Below are positions 48,153 to 56,339 of a stretch of 64,000 nt of DNA, in pieces. The DNA comes from Candidatus Hodarchaeota archaeon. GTDB taxonomy: Archaea; Asgardarchaeota; Heimdallarchaeia; Hodarchaeales; Hodarchaeaceae. A program made the translations under genes and the position numbers. The notes under the pieces were generated by a model. It was not told where the DNA came from, ran no database searches, and saw nothing but the letters and a program-made list of their open reading frames with translations. The DNA lies in assembly GCA_016839815.1 (NCBI GenBank), contig JAEOTM010000060.1:27738-91737 (forward strand). Reading direction: 5' to 3'. The stretch's first letter is position 1. Each line of letters starts with the position of its first letter.

Positions 48153-49040
48153 CTAGAAGGGTACATGGCCATAACTCATGAGAAACTCTTGCTCCTCTGG
48201 AGAAAGTGTCTCTCCTCCGTCTCGTTTCTTCAATAGCTTTTGAATTCGCTCCTCGATCTTTCCGAAGGTTTCTTGTTGGGATTCGACCTTCAATTTTTTC
48301 TTGACCTGGGTTATTTTTGCTTTTAATGAATCTAGCTCTTCTTGTTTTGCTTGAACATCTTCTTTTAGAGTTTCAACCTGTTGAAGATGATCAACAAACT
48401 CTTGGTGAGCTTTATCTTCTTCTTCTTTTAGGGGACCGATTCTAGTATATAATTTCTGAATTTTCGTGTGAACTTCCTTTTTTAGATTCTCTTCTTCAGA
48501 AATTTTCTGCTCTATACTGGAAATTTCTTCTTGGATCTTATCTTTCGATTTAGGAATATCTCCCAAGTAATCTGCAACAATAGCTTCATTACGTTTTTCC
48601 AGAAGAACGATTCTTTCCTCTATGCGTTTTATCTCATCAATCAACATTCCTTCCTCCTCTCTATCTAGGGAACTGGTCTGTTGTTTAAATTCAAGTTCAT
48701 ATAAATGGAATTTCAACTCAACAAGTGTCAGTTTCTCCAGTTCAGTATTTGAAAGTAGTTTAAATGAGGTTCCTTCTTTACGTTGAGCTTGACGTCTAAG
48801 AAAATCACGCCGTTTTTTCAATCCCTCTAAAACATCTTTTTTGGAATCTCTTCCTTCTACTTCTGGCGTTGCTTTCTGAATTAATGCTTGTCTTTCTGCT
48901 TTATATCGATCGCGTTGCTTACGATATCGAGTTGTTAATTTTTGTTCTTGACCTAGCTCTTTTCGTAATAATTTAATTTGATCAATCAATCCTCTTTGTT
49001 GGTCGTAATATAGTTTTAATTGATCACCCGAGTCTGACAT
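48153..49040 (-). CDS. Archaeal coiled-coil protein (COG1340-like)
   Basis: Heptad E/K-rich sequence; LE..QQT..L..EEE..LI.EI motif; C-terminal GE.LS.EE. Confidence 0.75.
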   Translation of the reverse strand: MSDSGDQLKLYYDQQRGLIDQIKLLRKELGQEQKLTTRYRKQRDRYKAERQALIQKATPEVEGRDSKKDVLEGLKKRRDFLRRQAQRKEGTSFKLLSNTELEKLTLVELKFHLYELEFKQQTSSLDREEEGMLIDEIKRIEERIVLLEKRNEAIVADYLGDIPKSKDKIQEEISSIEQKISEEENLKKEVHTKIQKLYTRIGPLKEEEDKAHQEFVDHLQQVETLKEDVQAKQEELDSLKAKITQVKKKLKVESQQETFGKIEERIQKLLKKRDGGETLSPEEQEFLMSYGHVPF

Positions 49041-49323
49041 GTCATTATCGCCTAAGAATTGTAATTAATTTGAGATTAGAAAGCGTTACTGACCTTATAA
49101 CAATGTAAACCTTCTCAGTATGTGATTCATAACATATTTCATTGTAAGGGTATTCATTTACACAATTTAAGCAGTAATTAATAGCTTATCTCTCACTTCA
49201 TAATTATCTCTAATAAAACTGTATTAGATGGAAAAAGCAAAATGTAATGACGTTTAAAAAGAAATGAAGGGTGAAAGAAGATAACCCCTTTCAACTTATT
49301 TTACTTATAATAGAGATGAATAT

Positions 49324-49842
49324 ATGGACTTTTTTGAAACTATTATTAAAAATAAAAGGTATAACGCTTTTCAATCAAATGAATCTCTCACTCATGATCA
49401 ATTGAAACAACTACTAGCCTGTGCTCAATTAGCTCCCTCTTTGAGTGATATCCAAAATTTTGCCTACATAATAATTACTGATTCCAATTTAAAAGTCACT
49501 CTATCAGAGAAAATCGAAAAACAAGACGTAAATATAATAAATGCGGCTGTTATTTTTGCTGTTGTAGTTGTTCAGGATGAAAATGATGATAAAAATATCA
49601 TTGATGCAATTATTGCGAGTAATCAATTAATGCTTGCAGCCACGGCGATGGGATTAGGAAATAACCTCATAGTTGATTTTGATCCTTCTGTTAATAAAAT
49701 TTTGGGGTTGAGTGAGGAATTATCTATTATTGGCTTGATTCCAATTGGCACGACGACCGATAAGGGACATCAAGGCCTGAAACGGTCCATAAAAGATTTA
49801 GCTTTCCATAATTCAATTAACGCTCGTTTTAGCTTTGAATAA
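49324..49842 (+). CDS. Nitroreductase-family protein, degenerate
   Basis: LAPS...Q....III, LAATAMGLG and IPIG motifs; lacks the usual RRS.R FMN-binding motif. Confidence 0.8.
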   Translation: MDFFETIIKNKRYNAFQSNESLTHDQLKQLLACAQLAPSLSDIQNFAYIIITDSNLKVTLSEKIEKQDVNIINAAVIFAVVVVQDENDDKNIIDAIIASNQLMLAATAMGLGNNLIVDFDPSVNKILGLSEELSIIGLIPIGTTTDKGHQGLKRSIKDLAFHNSINARFSFE

Positions 49843-49869
49843 CCTATCAATTTTTGGGTTGAATCAAAT

Positions 49870-50274
49870 CTGCAATCACGGAATAAACGCTACATCATTG
49901 TAAAGATTGAGGAGGAATACGTTTCAGTAAATTCTTCGTTTGTAGATTCAATCGAAACTCGCATTGATGTAATTTTTAATGAAGAAATGACAGAATGTTT
50001 AATTGGAGGTTCGATTGACTGGACTGAAGGAATTCCTGTGGTTGAAAACAAAAAACTTTCTGGAGTACAAGAGAAGATAGGGTACGATCAAAATTTAAGT
50101 CGGATAATAATTCTCAATAAAGCAAATAGCGATAAAAGATTTGCACTCATAGTAAATAGAGTCTTGGGAGTAGTTACATCCCTTGAAGAGGGTATCAATC
50201 TTATTCACCAATTTAATAATACAAAAGCTATTAGACTATCTGAATTTGATATTACAAAGATTTTTATTACATAA
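49870..50274 (+). CDS. CheW-like protein (probable non-ATG start; first in-frame ATG at 49987)
   Basis: In-frame sequence upstream of the ATG reads RYIIVKIEEEYVSVNSSFVDSIE; then G.I....IPVV, RIIIL and FALIVNRVLGVV match the CheW pattern. Confidence 0.65.
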   Translation: MQSRNKRYIIVKIEEEYVSVNSSFVDSIETRIDVIFNEEMTECLIGGSIDWTEGIPVVENKKLSGVQEKIGYDQNLSRIIILNKANSDKRFALIVNRVLGVVTSLEEGINLIHQFNNTKAIRLSEFDITKIFIT

Positions 50275-50312
50275 TCGTTTATTTTATCTGTCGCTAGAGG
50301 GGTATATACGTT

Positions 50313-51764
50313 TTGGAAATTAGACAGACGAGAGTATTTTGTTTTTTTCGTGATATAAAGAGCCAAGACTCTTTCTTTCTAAGTGATCTTGCCCAATCTG
50401 ATATTGCACGCTGTATAATATCAATTAAGGAGGAAGATAAACAGGTTATTGAGTTCCAAGAGGAAGTATTAGAAAGATATACTATAAAACTAATAGAGAT
50501 TCCTCCCATAAAACGAAAGAAGATAAATATGGCCTTTTTGAAGGAAAAAATGGAGGTTAGTCTCTCTGAACTACTGAAATCCAATTCTGACATTCATATT
50601 TTCCTTGATTACACTAAAGTTAAGATGTCTGTAAATCAAATTTTGAGGTCTATACAAGTTCTTGAAGACCAACTAATTGAAAAAGATTCTCAATATACGA
50701 TTTTTGCCATATTTAACGAACAATCTATCTCAAAACAACAATCTCGTCAGTTGGTACTGAAATTTCCTTATTTATGCTTAACACCCTCTCAAATTCATCC
50801 GAATTTCTTTTATGACGATAGCTCAAATAAGGTATTTCCTGAATCGATTAGGGAATTATATCAACCCATTGAAATCTTAATTAATGAGCTGAAATCTGAA
50901 AAATTAGAGATAGAACGACTTGAAAAACAACTCTTCCAAATATCAACCCAACGTAACATACTTGAGTCAACTCTTTCATTTTATCTCGCTCAAGAGGAAA
51001 ATTCAGCAAGTTCAGATGAAGTACCTGCAGATATTCTTTCATTAATGGAATTTCATGCCTTAAAACAAAAATATAACCAGAAAGAACAAATTCTCTCGAC
51101 AGTAATTCATGATCTAAAATCTCCACTAGCTTCCATTCAAGGTTATTCCGAGGTTATTTTGCATGGATTATCAGGTCCCATTACACCAGAGATGAAGAAA
51201 CAGCTTGGAACCATTATTTCAAACACACAACGTTTAGCTCGTATGGTTGACAGTTTACTTGAATTTGAGAAGTATGATCAATCCACTTACATTGCAGATA
51301 GGGAGACTTTTGATTTGATTTCCATCCTTGAAGATGCTAAAATGGCCGTTCTTCCCCAGATGATTCGTCGAGCACAAAAAATCTCATTTTTCGTTCCGAA
51401 ATACGTAGAAATTGTAGCGAATAAAGAACTAATCGTAAGAGCATTACAGAATCTCTTGGATAATGCGATAAAGTATTCTCCACTTGAAAAAGGGCATGTA
51501 GAGATTTATGTAGAGGAGAAAACAGTTGGAAAACAAAAAATAGTTATAATCAAGATCCAAGATAATGGTTTTGGCTTTCGTAAATCGGACTTGAAGAAGA
51601 TCTTTCAACCATTTTCTCGATTTGAAGCCCATTCTAAATCCACTGGATTAGGTCTTTCTATTACGCAAAAAATAATTGAAGAAATACACGGGGGAAAAAT
51701 CAGCCTAAAATCACCAGGAAGAAATAAAGGTAGCACGGTAGAAATTATCTTACCAAAAACCTAA
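50313..51764 (+). CDS. Histidine kinase with MEDS-like N-terminal domain
   Basis: HDLKSPL, NLLDNAIKY, DNG.G and TGLGL motifs; N-terminal CFF...FPY......HPNFFY resembles MEDS. Confidence 0.9.
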   Translation: MEIRQTRVFCFFRDIKSQDSFFLSDLAQSDIARCIISIKEEDKQVIEFQEEVLERYTIKLIEIPPIKRKKINMAFLKEKMEVSLSELLKSNSDIHIFLDYTKVKMSVNQILRSIQVLEDQLIEKDSQYTIFAIFNEQSISKQQSRQLVLKFPYLCLTPSQIHPNFFYDDSSNKVFPESIRELYQPIEILINELKSEKLEIERLEKQLFQISTQRNILESTLSFYLAQEENSASSDEVPADILSLMEFHALKQKYNQKEQILSTVIHDLKSPLASIQGYSEVILHGLSGPITPEMKKQLGTIISNTQRLARMVDSLLEFEKYDQSTYIADRETFDLISILEDAKMAVLPQMIRRAQKISFFVPKYVEIVANKELIVRALQNLLDNAIKYSPLEKGHVEIYVEEKTVGKQKIVIIKIQDNGFGFRKSDLKKIFQPFSRFEAHSKSTGLGLSITQKIIEEIHGGKISLKSPGRNKGSTVEIILPKT

Positions 51765-51847
51765 GCAATTGATCCAAGTATTTGACCACTAGGAAATTAA
51801 CCTAATCCTTAAAAAAGATCAAGATAGAGCTTGGTTGGGAAAAGGAA

Positions 51848-52180
51848 TTGACAGGAAATCCGCTAAAACAGCTGGAACAAGAATACATTCTTCTTATACT
51901 TCAGTACTTACATTTGAATCCAAGAGGCAAAACTTTTAGTCAGATTTGCGCCTCAATTGAGCACAATGCGAATCCCAAAAAGGTAACACAAAGTATCAAA
52001 ACACTCACTTCAATTGGATTGATTTATGAGATAAAAACTGAAGATAATTCAGATCTTCTGTATGTATTGTCAAATCGGGGACGATATGCAAGTGAGATTG
52101 TTTGGGATCTATTTCGAATTATTCTAAATCCTCATGAGAGTAATGAAGATGATCCAGATCTGTTAGATTTTTATCGTTGA
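51848..52180 (+). CDS. HxlR/MarR-like winged-helix protein
   Basis: IL..L......TFSQI......NPK.VT..IK.L...GLI.....Y.LS.RG pattern. Confidence 0.78.
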   Translation: MTGNPLKQLEQEYILLILQYLHLNPRGKTFSQICASIEHNANPKKVTQSIKTLTSIGLIYEIKTEDNSDLLYVLSNRGRYASEIVWDLFRIILNPHESNEDDPDLLDFYR

Positions 52181-52288
52181 GTATTCCCCTTCTATTTTTT
52201 CTTCTAGACCTAGAATTGCCTCCACTCATATAACATTTAGCGAAATCGTCCAAATAGAAATATTAATAAAGACTCTACAGGGTTTATC

Positions 52289-53290
52289 ATGTCTTTTGCA
52301 GATCCTAAAATGCAAGCGCTCTTAAAAAAGCAGAAATATCAACTATCAGGAAAAAATACTGCTGTTAAGAAGTGTCGATGGACGCATAACTCTCTAAGAG
52401 AAGATAGATATTGTTATAAGCATTTTTACGGGATTAAATCTCATCAATGTATTCAGTTTTCTCCAGTATTAATATGTAACTTTTTATGCAAATTCTGTTG
52501 GCGAATACATGAATCAGATATTGGTGTTGAAAATATGTTTAGACGATATGACCCTCAGGATCAAAAAAAGTCAATAGAGATTTTTGATTCTCCTCAAGAA
52601 GTTGTAGATGCCTTATTTGTAAGTCAGCGTAAAATTATCTGTGGGTATAAACCATATGTCCCCACACAGAAGTATGATGAGGCAATGAATCCGAAACATG
52701 CTACATTGAGTCTAACTGGGGAACCATTTCTCTATCCTTGGATTCCTGAACTAATTCAGGAGTTGAAAAAACGAGATTTATCAGTCTTTATTGTTACCAA
52801 TGGAAGCATACCAGGGTCTCTCCAATCTATCTTGGATAAAAAAGCTTATCCAACGCAATTATACATAACTCTACCTGCTCCTGGATTGAAGAACTTCTTA
52901 AATGTACACCGACCTCTTGAAAAAGACAAAGCCCTTGACAATATTTACGAGAGTCTGAGAATTATCGGAAAAGGGGTACCATTCCGAACAGTAGCTCGCT
53001 TAACTGTAGCTGAAGGGCTAAATCTTATTAAGCCGGAAGGATATGCAGAAATGATCACTGGAATGATGAAACCATCATTCATTGAAGTAAAAGGTGTTGT
53101 CCATGTAGGAGCAGCTGAAAGACGACTACCAAGAACAGCAATGCCCTCTCACTCCAAAATCATGGATTTTGCTAAACAATTGGAATCTTTAACTGGATAT
53201 TCAATTGTTGCTGAATCTGAGGTTAGTCGGTTAGTTATATTGTCTAATAATACCGAACCCCTTCTGATACCTGATTTACATACAGCATAA
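52289..53290 (+). CDS. taw1: 4-demethylwyosine synthase (radical SAM; tRNA-Phe wyosine pathway)
   Basis: VK.C.WT, CYK.FYGI.SH.C.Q, CNFLCKFCWR, H..LSL.GEP and FIEVKG motifs. Confidence 0.95.
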   Translation: MSFADPKMQALLKKQKYQLSGKNTAVKKCRWTHNSLREDRYCYKHFYGIKSHQCIQFSPVLICNFLCKFCWRIHESDIGVENMFRRYDPQDQKKSIEIFDSPQEVVDALFVSQRKIICGYKPYVPTQKYDEAMNPKHATLSLTGEPFLYPWIPELIQELKKRDLSVFIVTNGSIPGSLQSILDKKAYPTQLYITLPAPGLKNFLNVHRPLEKDKALDNIYESLRIIGKGVPFRTVARLTVAEGLNLIKPEGYAEMITGMMKPSFIEVKGVVHVGAAERRLPRTAMPSHSKIMDFAKQLESLTGYSIVAESEVSRLVILSNNTEPLLIPDLHTA

Positions 53291-53456
53291 TTTCCTTTGG
53301 TAGGATTAAATTCAATATAGGGATGAATGAACATCATTAGGGGGAATGAAAAAGTATTAGATCTGACTCATGATAATTGTTGTCTTCCTCTATTCGAATA
53401 GTTTTTTAGGTAGAATACTTGAATGATAATTCAAGAGACGAAAAGGGGAATTACTC

Positions 53457-53660
53457 GTGAAATTAACTGAAAAAACCATTGATTCAACAACTGGTCTGAA
53501 GATGAAATCAGGGGCAATTGTTGAAGTACATGTCATTCACAGTGAGAATAGCGATGAAAAAAGCTTAATGATAAAAACAGACAATGGAGTTCTCTCCCTT
53601 GACCAGGACGATATCTCAAGTTTTATGGATCTCTTTAGTAAGTTTCTAGAGAGCTTTTAA
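53457..53660 (+). CDS. Small hypothetical protein (67 aa), paralogous to the N-terminus of the next gene
   Basis: GTG start with an AGGGG Shine-Dalgarno-like sequence; ungapped similarity to the neighbouring protein. Confidence 0.65.
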   Translation: MKLTEKTIDSTTGLKMKSGAIVEVHVIHSENSDEKSLMIKTDNGVLSLDQDDISSFMDLFSKFLESF

Positions 53661-53680
53661 TTGGAAAGGAATGAATAATC

Positions 53681-54655
53681 ATGGATGTTGAATACCAGAA
53701 AAAAGAAGTCACATGGTGTTTAGATCGTGTTGGTCCTAGAATTTGTCTTAAAGCAATCGCGATCAATGAGAAATTAAATCAACTAGAAATATCTAGCGAG
53801 GAATTCAATTTAGTCTTAGAGAATGACGAAGCTATTGAATTTTTATCCATATTGCGGAAGTTAATGGAATCCAAACCTGCAGCGGTGCCTATACCAGAAC
53901 CTTTAACACCTTCCATTCCTGTACAAGAAGAAGAAATCCCCCCTATACAACATATCGAAGAACCCAAGGAAGAATTAAGCTTATTTTCTAAGACCGAAGT
54001 AGAGAAACCAATGGCTGTCCCCACTCTTGACACTTCAGAGATATTAGAAGTTCTAAAACAATCAGAGAGTAGTATAGGAGAAGAAAAAATATCTTTCCGA
54101 AAAAAATTTGCAGAAAATAAGGCACTTGAGAAAAAAGTGGTTGAGCAAACACTAATCGTGCACGAACAAGAAGAACCTACTCCTGGTATTACAATTGAAG
54201 AGCATGTAAAACCATCAGAGATATTCCAAGAGAAGTTGGATACCGCATCATTCTTTCGTGAAGTAGAAGAAAAATCGCCCCTCGAACAATTACTTGAAGA
54301 AAATGAAGATCTTAGAGATATGATCACAACTGATCCTATCCCGCCTCAAAATGAGGAAGAACCTCCCACGATTGAAGATATTTCCCATGAACCAGAGGAA
54401 AAAACGCCTTTTACGCCAGATGACCTAAGTTCCTCTTCTTTTATGAGTGATTTTGGGTCAAAACCCTTTGAACAGGAATTAGATAGTCAGAAAGTTGAAA
54501 AAGTTGAAGAACCTGTGGAAAAAGTCGAAGATCAACAGGATACAGAACCTATTGAACATAAAGCATTTTTAAGCGAAGAAGAGCGAAAGAAAGAAATTGA
54601 ACGGGAACGTGCAGCACGAAAAAAGCGATTGTGGGAACTTACTCGCGGTTTTTGA
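53681..54655 (+). CDS. Hypothetical protein: small N-terminal domain + acidic Pro/Glu-rich disordered region + charged C-terminal helix
   Basis: Composition; ends EEERKKEIERERAARKKRLWELTRGF. Confidence 0.78.
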   Translation: MDVEYQKKEVTWCLDRVGPRICLKAIAINEKLNQLEISSEEFNLVLENDEAIEFLSILRKLMESKPAAVPIPEPLTPSIPVQEEEIPPIQHIEEPKEELSLFSKTEVEKPMAVPTLDTSEILEVLKQSESSIGEEKISFRKKFAENKALEKKVVEQTLIVHEQEEPTPGITIEEHVKPSEIFQEKLDTASFFREVEEKSPLEQLLEENEDLRDMITTDPIPPQNEEEPPTIEDISHEPEEKTPFTPDDLSSSSFMSDFGSKPFEQELDSQKVEKVEEPVEKVEDQQDTEPIEHKAFLSEEERKKEIERERAARKKRLWELTRGF

Positions 54656-54744
54656 GATAGATCCTCTCAGAAGTTACGTTTGTTTTTATGAGTTCCATCT
54701 CTAGCTGAATCGATGTTAATGGAGAGAGAAGGGATTAACAAATT

Positions 54745-56139
54745 ATGAAGCAAAAAGAAGCAGCGATTACTCTCTTAACTGATTTAATAAAGTTTGAGTC
54801 AATCAATAATCCATCAGAGAAAGTATATCCAGAGCCTGATGTAGTAAAGTATGTTCAAGATACTCTTTTATCATGGAATCCCGAATATAAATCAAAAATT
54901 TTTAATAAAGATCACTATACGTCTATTTATATCTCAAGTGATTTAAACAGTCCAAAGGATGTTTTATTTTTAGGGCATCTCGATGTTGTTCCAGTTACTA
55001 CTAATTGGGATTCTAATCCCTTTGAATTTATGATTAGAAATCAAACATTAGGTTTTGGAAGGGGTGCGAAAGATTGTAAGGGATCCATCGTATCCGCACT
55101 TCTATTTCTTAAAGAGATTAACGAAAATTCTGATAATAAATCATTAGTAGATAGAATTGGATTATTTCTTTCAACTGATGAGGAGAGTGGAGGGCAATTT
55201 GGGGCTAAAAAATTCTTTCAATATGCAAAAAAATCACATTTTCTGCCTAGATATGTGATTAATGTCGATGGAGGCCCGAAGGTTGTTTATAAACGACGGG
55301 CGGGATTCAACTTAAGATTAAAGGCATCTCCCCTCCGAAAAGAAATTAAATCAGTTGCTCTGGAGAAAAGTTTTATTACACAGGTAATGTATGATAATAA
55401 TCGACATAGTGCTTATTTTGTACCAGGGGTGGATTCTCATGCTCTATTACAATTATCGAAATTTCTACATCTGAATCCTCACACCAAAATCAAAGAGCTT
55501 ACAGGTGAATGGATTAAGGGTAACGTAATTCCAAATAAAGTTCGGACAACAATTCTTAATCCTAATACGGAATTAGGTGAGGAACAGATTCATACTTATG
55601 ACGCGAACTTAACTAAGATCATTAGATTATTGCGTAGTCTAGTACAAATACACATTCCAACAGAGTTTCTCAGTGATTTTGGAATAACTGTGAATCCCAA
55701 TCTATGTAAGTATTCACCAACCGAGGGTACAGAAATTCAATTTGATATTCGTGCGTTTTTAGCTCCAGAGGATAACGACCGATTAACCCATGCATTTTCA
55801 AATCGTCTAGATTCATTTTCTGGTCAAGTTCATATTGAATGTAGTGGTTCTTCTGGTTACTTTTTTACCGATCTATCTAGTCCATTAGTAACAACTTCAA
55901 CTAAAGTAATGAGACAGTTTCTGTTAATGGAAGAGGATGAATCTCCCAGGGAACAAGAGGGAGCTTCTGATGCTCGTTACGCTACGACATTTGGTGTTCC
56001 TGCAATTGATATTGGACCGAGAGGGGGTAATATTCATGGTGATAATGAGTATGTCGACTTAGAATCATTAATACAATTCTCAACAATATATAAGAATATT
56101 GTCACCAACTTACTGACTAGTGATAGAGTATTAAATTAA
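54745..56139 (+). CDS. M20/ArgE-DapE family metallopeptidase
   Basis: GHLDVVP, GRGA.D.KG, DEE.GG, SDAR and IHG.NE motifs. Confidence 0.92.
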   Translation: MKQKEAAITLLTDLIKFESINNPSEKVYPEPDVVKYVQDTLLSWNPEYKSKIFNKDHYTSIYISSDLNSPKDVLFLGHLDVVPVTTNWDSNPFEFMIRNQTLGFGRGAKDCKGSIVSALLFLKEINENSDNKSLVDRIGLFLSTDEESGGQFGAKKFFQYAKKSHFLPRYVINVDGGPKVVYKRRAGFNLRLKASPLRKEIKSVALEKSFITQVMYDNNRHSAYFVPGVDSHALLQLSKFLHLNPHTKIKELTGEWIKGNVIPNKVRTTILNPNTELGEEQIHTYDANLTKIIRLLRSLVQIHIPTEFLSDFGITVNPNLCKYSPTEGTEIQFDIRAFLAPEDNDRLTHAFSNRLDSFSGQVHIECSGSSGYFFTDLSSPLVTTSTKVMRQFLLMEEDESPREQEGASDARYATTFGVPAIDIGPRGGNIHGDNEYVDLESLIQFSTIYKNIVTNLLTSDRVLN

Positions 56140-56339
56140 AATTTTGACTCTATTTCTAAAACATAAGGCAATTCGTTTATCATACTGGATTTGAAAGGAA
56201 TTCTGTAATACATCTGCGGATTTATTTTGACTCTCATCTATTCAGGAAGATGGAAATTTGAAATACAAATACATTTGATTTCCGTACGATAAATTTAGAA
56301 AGATTCCTTGAAATTCATTAGATATAGAGGATCTAGTAA

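Noticed and set aside
48153-49040. SMC, ESCRT-III or cytoskeletal identity for the coiled-coil protein
   Set aside because: It has no Walker motifs or Snf7 pattern and fits a widespread archaeal coiled-coil family.
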